This document shows positions 25,392 to 32,000 of a DNA stretch of 32,000 nucleotides, one piece after another. Every line of letters starts with the position of its first letter. The first letter of the stretch is position 1. The position numbers were made by a program, and so were the translations under genes. The DNA comes from Phycisphaerae bacterium (GTDB lineage: Bacteria > Planctomycetota > Phycisphaerae > UBA1845): assembly GCA_963666835.2 (NCBI GenBank), contig CAXXGO010000006.1, positions 2,511,443 to 2,543,442 of the forward strand, in the 5' to 3' direction. The notes under the pieces are model-generated. The model did no database searches, was not told the DNA's origin, and saw nothing but the letters and a program-made list of their open reading frames with translations.

Positions 25392-28300
25392 ATGATTGCG
25401 GCACATGGGAATCGAGTGATGCACGGAAAGGTACGGCTATTGCGGTGGTTAGCGATTCCAGCGATTGTTGGAATCGTGGGTCTGCTGGGGGCCGTTCCGG
25501 CGGCGGCAACGGATGTGCTGCCGGGCTCCGATTTGTTCCTCAGTCCGGCCCCGCCCGGGGGACTGGCGGGGGCTACTTACGATGACCTTGGCAACAGCCC
25601 TTTACCCGCGGATTTCTTCGGGCCCGGGTCGGATCCGTTCGACGGAGTTATCCACCTCGAGGGTCTGCCGTTTTCGGTGGCCGGACCGTTGGGGTTCGAG
25701 ACGGCTGACACGATCGTGGAGCGACTGACTACGGCCGTACTACCCGATGACTACACGAGCGAAGATACCGTGGATACGGTGATGGTGGCGTTGAGTTTGG
25801 CAAGCACCTCGCCGATTACCGTCACTTTCGACGGCGGGCCGGACACGTCGCTGTATGACGTCCAAGTATGCCTGTCGAGCTTCACCCCCCAGCCGGGGGG
25901 ATGGATGACAATACGGCATCTCTGCCCGGAGGGGGGTAAGTTCGAGTCGTTAACGCCGGTGATTCCGCGACTGATCTTCACCAAGGTGTCGGGCAGTTCA
26001 GGCGTATCCAACGCTGTTTTGGATCCTGCTCCGCAATTGGATTTCGTTGTAACGGACGGGTGTTGGGCGCACTCCGCCCCGGTGAGTTTTGGCGTCTACA
26101 AGACAATCGGGGGCGTGGCGGACCATGATTGCGATGGGGTTTTCGACGCTTATTACCCGGCATCCAGCCCCGATCCGAACGGCTTCGTCGTGGGCGTGTG
26201 CATGTTGCCCTGTGATGACAGCGGTACGACGCCCGAACCGCGCAAGCGGATGACTGTCGAGGAGCAGCTCTGGGCGTCACACGGGATTCTTCCGGCGGAG
26301 GAGGAAGGGCTGGATACAGAGGGCGACGGCGTACATGATTTGGGTGATAATTGCCCGGAGGACTTCAATCCGCTGCAGACCGACAGTGACAACGATACCG
26401 TCGGCGACGATTGCGACAATTGCGTAGACGACTACAACCCCTTCCAGGAGGATACCGACGAGGACGGCATCGGCGATGCGTGCGACATTGGCCCGTACGA
26501 CGTCCTGCCGGGGTACGATCTCTGGGTGACGCCCGACGAGGGTTCGTATCTCGAGTTTGGGGGAAGTACGCCCAACCCGCCTATTCCTGCCGACTACTTC
26601 TGGCCGGGCTCGGACCCGTTTGAGGGAGTAATAAACCTCGTCGGGGATCCGATCTTCCCCGCATTATACGGCGATGTTTCTACGATTGTGGAGCGACTCG
26701 AGCGCGCGATTCTGCCGGATCCCATCGGCTCGTCGGATACGATAGACACGCAGCTTACAGGGCTCCAGCTCCGCAGTGCCGCGCCGATTACGGTTACGGG
26801 AGTGGGCGGTCCCGGGGAATACGATGTCATGATCTCGTTGGACCCGGGCATTCCGTCTACCGGGCAGATGACCATCCACCACGAGACGATCGAAGGCGGC
26901 ACGTACGACGGCGTGTCATTCCAGGTGTACGTACAACTGGATTTCATGGCCCTGAGTGGTCCCGGTGGGGACGTCACCGCTCCACCTGAGTATCCGTACC
27001 TGCTGGAGGGGATTGGGCCATACGGTTGGCAGCATGATCCCCCGTTTGAACCGCAGTTGCCCGGTGCCGGGCCGAACTTCTTCCCGATCGATCCGATGAG
27101 TGACCTGACTCTGTACTGGCCCTACGGTCCGCCGTGGGAGCAGGTAGGGGCGCATGGCGTTATCCCACCGCCTTTCCCCGATGGTTGCTGTCTGTCTGAT
27201 GGAGTGTGCGTGAACGTCGACCCGACCGACTGCGTGATTATGGGGGGTACTCCCCAAGGGGCGCTTTGCACCGGTGAGACGGAGGCCTGCTGCTTCGTCG
27301 CGGACGGAAGTGGAACATGTCTGGACGTCGACCCGCTGTGTTGTGATGACTTGGGCGGGGTTGCTCAGGGAGCCGGATCGTTCTGCGCGAATTCGACGGT
27401 GGCCTGTTGCCTGCCGGAGGGCGGTTGTGTTGATGCGGACGCGACGTGCTGTGATGCCCTGGGTGGAGTCCCCTCGCCGTACGGCCACGCGTTCTGTCTG
27501 GGGGATAATGACGAGCCGCCCAACGGGATCGATGACGCTTGCGAACCGGAACCACAACCGGAGCAAGCCTGTTGCCTGCCGGACGCAACGTGTGCGGATG
27601 TGACTCACGACTCCTGCGTTGCGCAGTTCGGCGACCCACAGGGCCCGGGTACGACTTGCGATGACGTTTCGGTGGTCTGCCATCCGCTCAAATGGTCGCA
27701 GCCACCGACGTTCAACTCCGACTCACCCGTTCCGGAGTGCTTCTGGGGTTGGGACGAAGTGTCGTATTATGGTCAGGCCGATTGGCCGATAGTGGCGGAC
27801 GATTGGGTTTGTATTGGTCCGGAGCCCGTGGCGGACATCCACTGGTGGGGGTCGTATCTTAACTGGGATGAAGCGGTTCCTCCGGCGGACGCACCATTTT
27901 TCTTCTACATTGGAATCTGGGCGGATGACTCGAGCGGACTGTTCGGTCATCCGGGAGATTTAGTGTGGCAGTGGGTAGCGGCTCGAACATCTCTCAATGA
28001 AAGAGCGGTGGCCTGCGATTTCCATCCCGATTTCCTGACTGCGCCGGAGAGTTGTTTCAAGTATGACCTGGATATCCCGGAGGCTGAGTGGTTCTATCAG
28101 GCCGGTGGGGCAACCGTCTATTGGTTGAGCATCTCGGCGGCGGATATGCCGGGAGCCCACCCGTGGGGCTGGAAGACGCGCGAGCATTACTTCGGAGATG
28201 ACGCCGTGCGGATCGTCGATCCGGTTGCGCCGGGGATCGGAGATGCGTATGTAGCCGGTGAGCCGATCGAGGACGGCGGAGGGGCTACGTGGGATATGGC

Positions 28301-29378
28301 GTTCGTCCTGACGACGGCGGAGACATGCCCAATCGCCAATCGGCCGCTACCGGAGCCATATTCTGAAACCACATGCATCCTGGATTCGGATTGCGATAAT
28401 GAGGCGACGTGTATTGGTGGGACCTGTTACGTGCCGAAGAACCGGTACATTTCGTTCGTGCCGAACAATGGCAGCGCTTCGGTTGCCGTCCGCGTGACGC
28501 ATGTCGGCAGTGGGCGGCAATGGTGGGTGGATGAGCCCCTTCTCGTTGAGCCGGGTGTGTGGGTTGCCGGCCTGGTAAGCGATCCGGTGTGGCGAGCCTG
28601 GCCTGAGCCGGTGGTCCACGTTGCGGGTTGTGGTACGGCTCCCGTCGCTCTTTATGATGTTCAGGCGATCGATGCGGCATGTGATCCTGAGAACGAAAGC
28701 AACTACTCGCCGGCGTTGTCGTTGCCGACGATCGCGCAGCCGATCCCGAAGCACTGGGGCGACTGTGTGGGTAACTTCGCCGGGACGTGGAGTCCGCCCA
28801 ACGCGGTAGTGAGTATGGATGACCTGATGGCGGCACTTCAGAAGTTCGGGTCAGCGCCTACTGCTCCACCGCTGGTGTGGGTCGATGTAGCCGGAGAGGA
28901 GCCCAACGCGATCCTCAATATGACGGACATTCAGCAGTTCGTCGGCGCGTTCAAGGGGGAGGCGTATCCGTTCTCCGACCCGGCGGAGTGTCCCGCGGAC
29001 CCCGAGGTGTTATCCTATTCGAATAGCGGGTGTCTCTCCGGTGGCTCAATGGTCATGGCGAGCGACGATCCCTATCCCTTCTGTGGCGATGATGTGGTCG
29101 TTTTCACCGCGGTGGAGGGTGGTTTGCACGTATTGCATCAGAATGTGACCTATAACTGCTGCCCGGATGACATCATCATCACGCTGTCTGTGTCGAATAA
29201 CGATCTCCACCTGACTGAGGAGGAGATCCTCACGACGCCGTGTGATTGTCTGTGTTGTTACGATGTAGAGGCGAACATCGGCGGGCTATCGCCGGGCACC
29301 TACAACGTCGATCTATGTTGGCAGGATGCGGAGACCGGCGGCGAGATGTGTGTCGAGGATATCATCGAGATTCCGTAA
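25392..29378 (+). CDS. Giant secreted multidomain protein (duplicated N-terminal module, thrombospondin type-3 repeats, 4x Cys-rich 'ACC' modules, Trp-rich domain, C-terminal Cys-rich beta domain)
   Basis: ATG 25392 is preceded by AAGGAGAG. Signal-anchor sequence LLRWLAIPAIVGIVGLLGAVPAAA. TSP3 repeats read DGVHDLGDNCPEDFNPLQTDSDNDTVGDDCDNCVDDYNPFQEDTDEDGIGDACD. The frame is continuous to TAA 29376-29378. Confidence 0.85.
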   Translation: MIAAHGNRVMHGKVRLLRWLAIPAIVGIVGLLGAVPAAATDVLPGSDLFLSPAPPGGLAGATYDDLGNSPLPADFFGPGSDPFDGVIHLEGLPFSVAGPLGFETADTIVERLTTAVLPDDYTSEDTVDTVMVALSLASTSPITVTFDGGPDTSLYDVQVCLSSFTPQPGGWMTIRHLCPEGGKFESLTPVIPRLIFTKVSGSSGVSNAVLDPAPQLDFVVTDGCWAHSAPVSFGVYKTIGGVADHDCDGVFDAYYPASSPDPNGFVVGVCMLPCDDSGTTPEPRKRMTVEEQLWASHGILPAEEEGLDTEGDGVHDLGDNCPEDFNPLQTDSDNDTVGDDCDNCVDDYNPFQEDTDEDGIGDACDIGPYDVLPGYDLWVTPDEGSYLEFGGSTPNPPIPADYFWPGSDPFEGVINLVGDPIFPALYGDVSTIVERLERAILPDPIGSSDTIDTQLTGLQLRSAAPITVTGVGGPGEYDVMISLDPGIPSTGQMTIHHETIEGGTYDGVSFQVYVQLDFMALSGPGGDVTAPPEYPYLLEGIGPYGWQHDPPFEPQLPGAGPNFFPIDPMSDLTLYWPYGPPWEQVGAHGVIPPPFPDGCCLSDGVCVNVDPTDCVIMGGTPQGALCTGETEACCFVADGSGTCLDVDPLCCDDLGGVAQGAGSFCANSTVACCLPEGGCVDADATCCDALGGVPSPYGHAFCLGDNDEPPNGIDDACEPEPQPEQACCLPDATCADVTHDSCVAQFGDPQGPGTTCDDVSVVCHPLKWSQPPTFNSDSPVPECFWGWDEVSYYGQADWPIVADDWVCIGPEPVADIHWWGSYLNWDEAVPPADAPFFFYIGIWADDSSGLFGHPGDLVWQWVAARTSLNERAVACDFHPDFLTAPESCFKYDLDIPEAEWFYQAGGATVYWLSISAADMPGAHPWGWKTREHYFGDDAVRIVDPVAPGIGDAYVAGEPIEDGGGATWDMAFVLTTAETCPIANRPLPEPYSETTCILDSDCDNEATCIGGTCYVPKNRYISFVPNNGSASVAVRVTHVGSGRQWWVDEPLLVEPGVWVAGLVSDPVWRAWPEPVVHVAGCGTAPVALYDVQAIDAACDPENESNYSPALSLPTIAQPIPKHWGDCVGNFAGTWSPPNAVVSMDDLMAALQKFGSAPTAPPLVWVDVAGEEPNAILNMTDIQQFVGAFKGEAYPFSDPAECPADPEVLSYSNSGCLSGGSMVMASDDPYPFCGDDVVVFTAVEGGLHVLHQNVTYNCCPDDIIITLSVSNNDLHLTEEEILTTPCDCLCCYDVEANIGGLSPGTYNVDLCWQDAETGGEMCVEDIIEIP

Positions 29379-29416
29379 CGGTTGCCCGAGAAGACGCGCG
29401 CCCAGCGCTTGCGAAA

Positions 29417-29459
29417 GGCCGCTACGGTCGGTGAGTCTGGTTAACCGACCGTGGCGGCC
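29417..29459. terminator. Bidirectional hairpin terminator between convergent genes
   Basis: GGCCGCTACGGTCGG (29417-31) pairs with CCGACCGTGGCGGCC (29445-59). The stem is 15 bp with one G-U pair and a 13-nt loop. It lies between the stops at 29378 (+) and 29548 (-). Confidence 0.5.
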
Positions 29460-29547
29460 TGTTGTACGGCCCCGGTCTCTGTCAGACGAGCCGGCGCGTT
29501 CGAGACGTTGTTGATGGGATCGATATTTGAGAGGTATGCGACGACTC

Positions 29548-31269
29548 CTACAGTACTATGACGCCCCATTCCACGACGGTGAACCCTTCACGCACGAACG
29601 CGTCGCAGTTGGGAGGTGTGGGGATCGTTATACGATGGTCGAGCGGACGAATCAGGAGGATGGCTCTCAGGATGCTGTCTGGTGACGGTGTAATCGTGAG
29701 CGTGGTGACCGCTTCGGCATTCTGCGGATAAACCGCGTACCAGGCAGAGCCCTCGAGAATCGGCACCCAGTGGTTTACGAAGTCGTCAATCTCTCGACCT
29801 TCAAAACCCAGCTCCGCCAGCAGAGTTCGAAGCTCAGCTTCCAGCTTCTCCCCTCGAAGTACCCATCCGGTTTCACGATTGAGCGGTACGGACACCATTG
29901 CCTCGTAGAATAAGTACCCGTATACCCCGTTGATCGTGCCGTCGGGCCGGGCGTGCACTTGCCAGCCGGCTTGATACGGCGGCTGCGAATCGGTTATGTA
30001 GCCGCCCGACGGCACACCGACCGAGACGCTCATGTCCATTGTGGTAGTCGGGTACAAATAGAGGTTCGGAGCATCGGCTTGCGCCGGTTCCGGGAATTGA
30101 AGATCGTAGTAATCCACCCCGGACGTATTAGTGACGTCAAAGGACACCGGGAACTTCTCGTCGTCATTGAACTGGCAGTAATCAAAAGCTAGGGTATAGT
30201 CTCCTGGGGGTAGACCGCTAAGGCCGAACCGTCCTTGCACATCGGTTGTTGTTGTCGCGGAGAACGTGTTTGCAGAATTGGTGATTTGGAGTGTGTGTTC
30301 GGCCACCGGGCTGTCGGCAAAGAACCCCTGCGTTCCGAAGATCGTGCCGGCTACTGCCTCAGCGTGATCCGGTACGGCGTCAAGGTCGATGGTGATAGTC
30401 TCTCCCTTCACGCATTTGTAGAGCTCGGTATAGAATCCTGTGGCCGTGGCGTAAAGGTAGTAGGCGGGCGGATCGCTGTACGGCATCTCCTCTTCAATAT
30501 CGATCGTCACGGCACCCTCCGTTTCGAGGGTCTGCGTGTCGAGGAGTTCGCCCCAGCCGTCCGAGTATATGGCCAGGGCGATATCGGTTGCGATACCATC
30601 CTCGGGGATTAGGTCCACCGGCTCGTTGACCAGGGTGTAATGGCATACCCGGATGCCGGCTTCGTCCGTGTCGGCACAGGTGTCCACGGTGTTCTCGTCG
30701 CCGTCATCACAATCGGCATCGACGTTACACATGCGGTCGCATCGTTTCGCAACTTCGTTGCAAACCTCGTCCTCAGCACACGGCGATCCCGAGCTTCTGC
30801 AATCGGCGGGACAGCGATCGACCGTGCAGTGTTCCTCGCCGGTGCAGAACAGACCGTCATCGCATTCAGTGTCGTCGACGCACAGCGGTATACACGTGTC
30901 GAAGGTGCAGGTGTCCGTGGCGGTAACCCCGTCCGCGGTGGTAGCCGTGAGCGTAACGATAACGCTACCCGATGCGTCTTCGGAGGGCGTGACTGTCGGC
31001 TGAAACGTGTCGCCGTTTATGATCTCGCAGCAGTCGGCGGACGTCTCTATTGACACGTCAGCGCTTTCGGGAACTGTGTTAAGTGCAAACTCGACGGATC
31101 GGCCGATCGGAAGACCTTCCTCCGGGCAGCCGTTGATCTGCAGCTCGAGTTCGGCAGTTTCGCCGCCGAAGATCGTTTCGAACAGCGGAAACGTATCGCA
31201 GGCGGCTGATCCGGCAAGCAGAACTCCAGACAGAAGCAACTCGACGACTGCGGTTACTCGGCGGCCCAT
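29548..31269 (-). CDS. Secreted protein: Cys-rich repeat region + carboxypeptidase-regulatory-like beta-sandwich + conserved C-terminal domain of unknown function
   Basis: ATG 31269 with GGAGA RBS. Signal peptide MGRRVTAVVELLLSGVLLAGSAAC. Cys-rich block CVDDTECDDGLFCTGEEHCTVDRCPADC...CNVDADCDDGDENTVDTC. TTTTDVQGRFGLSGLPPGDYTLAF is a CarboxypepD_reg-like motif. Confidence 0.75.
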   Translation of the reverse strand: MGRRVTAVVELLLSGVLLAGSAACDTFPLFETIFGGETAELELQINGCPEEGLPIGRSVEFALNTVPESADVSIETSADCCEIINGDTFQPTVTPSEDASGSVIVTLTATTADGVTATDTCTFDTCIPLCVDDTECDDGLFCTGEEHCTVDRCPADCRSSGSPCAEDEVCNEVAKRCDRMCNVDADCDDGDENTVDTCADTDEAGIRVCHYTLVNEPVDLIPEDGIATDIALAIYSDGWGELLDTQTLETEGAVTIDIEEEMPYSDPPAYYLYATATGFYTELYKCVKGETITIDLDAVPDHAEAVAGTIFGTQGFFADSPVAEHTLQITNSANTFSATTTTDVQGRFGLSGLPPGDYTLAFDYCQFNDDEKFPVSFDVTNTSGVDYYDLQFPEPAQADAPNLYLYPTTTMDMSVSVGVPSGGYITDSQPPYQAGWQVHARPDGTINGVYGYLFYEAMVSVPLNRETGWVLRGEKLEAELRTLLAELGFEGREIDDFVNHWVPILEGSAWYAVYPQNAEAVTTLTITPSPDSILRAILLIRPLDHRITIPTPPNCDAFVREGFTVVEWGVIVL

Positions 31270-31322
31270 GTTAATCTCCGTACAAGTTGGTTGTCGTTCG
31301 GCAAGAGAATCCACATATAGCT

Positions 31323-31967
31323 CTACTTCCGCGTGTACGTAATCTCCAGGACCTTGAACTCGGTGCCGGTGCTGTCCGGCTCATACAGTTCGAGAACGTG
31401 CTTGTTGTCGTCGACCAGCCGGGTGACCCCGCGGCTCGTGCGCATGGAGCCGGACCAGGGATCGCCGTGGCGGCCCGTGAATGTGATTACTTTGCACTCG
31501 TCCTGGCAGATGCCGAAACTGCGCGTCATGGCGTTAGACGTAGTGTCGACCCAGACAGACGTGTATTTCTTTTCAAACGTATCGTATCCGTAGATTGCCA
31601 AGGCCTGAAAGGGCATCCCGAGATTGCCGCCGTCGAACTCCTCGAGAACGAAGCGATTGCCGAGAATCCACTTGCGTTCACACGTGCCCTCGGATTCGAC
31701 GACGGGCGACTCGGAGTTCATCCGGTATTTGATGGCGGTCTTCCAGCTTCCGACGAGGCGGCGGAGGACCTGATGATGTTGCCCCGGCATGGCGTACTCT
31801 ACCCACGTATCGATCATCGATTCACTGTCGCATCTCGGTTCCTCGACCTTCTGGGTTGGGCTCGCGGGACGAGAAACGCTCTTTGGCTCTTCCGAAGTCA
31901 GATCGCCGGCAGGCACTGCCGTTGCCCCGATCAGCAATATCGCCGCAAGCAGCATTCTGAGCATCAT
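31323..31967 (-). CDS. DUF1579 domain protein (secreted)
   Basis: Signal peptide MMLRMLLAAILLIGATAVPAG. LVGSWKTAIKY...GTCERKWILGNRFVLEEF...YGYDTFEKKYTSVWVDT... matches, from memory, the DUF1579 pattern common in planctomycetes. It ends 53 nt upstream of the next minus-strand gene. Confidence 0.65.
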   Translation of the reverse strand: MMLRMLLAAILLIGATAVPAGDLTSEEPKSVSRPASPTQKVEEPRCDSESMIDTWVEYAMPGQHHQVLRRLVGSWKTAIKYRMNSESPVVESEGTCERKWILGNRFVLEEFDGGNLGMPFQALAIYGYDTFEKKYTSVWVDTTSNAMTRSFGICQDECKVITFTGRHGDPWSGSMRTSRGVTRLVDDNKHVLELYEPDSTGTEFKVLEITYTRK

Positions 31968-32000
31968 GGTTTTGGTCCTTTCTTGCTCTGCGGAGCGGTC

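Noticed and set aside
25072-25424. Small ORFs 25072-25257 (+, 61 aa) and 25182-25424 (-, 80 aa) in the leader region
   Set aside because: They have no RBS, Arg/Gly-rich composition and mutual overlap, and they look like chance ORFs in GC-rich non-coding DNA.
26916-28836. Minus-strand ORFs (26916-27683, 28285-28836 and others) inside the giant exoprotein gene
   Set aside because: They are shadow frames. The plus strand carries a continuous 1328-codon frame with a repeated domain structure.

Overview
GC-rich bacterial chromosomal window with about 26 supportable CDSs. I saw no rRNA, tRNA, CRISPR array, transposase or integrase. All family assignments come from motifs read by eye in the ORF translations; no database search was possible. 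The gene content (DUF1579 paralogs, FG-GAP, dockerin-like, GEVED and thrombospondin-type-3 exoproteins, rubrerythrins) suggests an anaerobic or microaerophilic PVC/Planctomycetota-like organism, but that is inference only.

Layout:
- 1-809: 3' end of an FG-GAP/dockerin-like exoprotein gene.
- 1108-3123: P1B-type heavy-metal ATPase with no N-terminal metal-binding domain.
- 3172-7335: a membrane protein, a GEVED-domain exoprotein and a DUF2330-like membrane protein.
- 7580-10753: oxidative-stress island (Fur/PerR-like regulator, tpx, rubredoxin-like protein, erythrin-like diiron protein, rubrerythrin). The tpx-downstream spacer holds an unusual triple palindromic repeat.
- 11014-11967: polytopic membrane protein with an embedded zinc ribbon.
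- 12154-21278, minus strand: the stand-out. A nine-gene, tightly coupled operon encoding an OleC-like AMP-ligase, an OleD-like extended SDR, a KS, an ACP, two CrtI-family flavoenzymes, a FabZ-like dehydratase, a FabI-like reductase and an Sfp-type PPTase. A separate active-site-less KS-like gene lies at 23917-24891. I read this as a dedicated pathway for an uncharacterised lipid, polyene or hydrocarbon-type product.
- 21521-22981: PBP4-type DD-peptidase.
- 23059-31967: exoprotein island. It holds two DUF1579-like paralogs, a 1328-aa multidomain secreted protein (duplicated N-terminal module, TSP3 repeats, a recurring Cys-rich 'ACC' module) and a 573-aa Cys-rich secreted protein.

The many long antisense ORFs in the track are typical high-GC shadow frames and were rejected.
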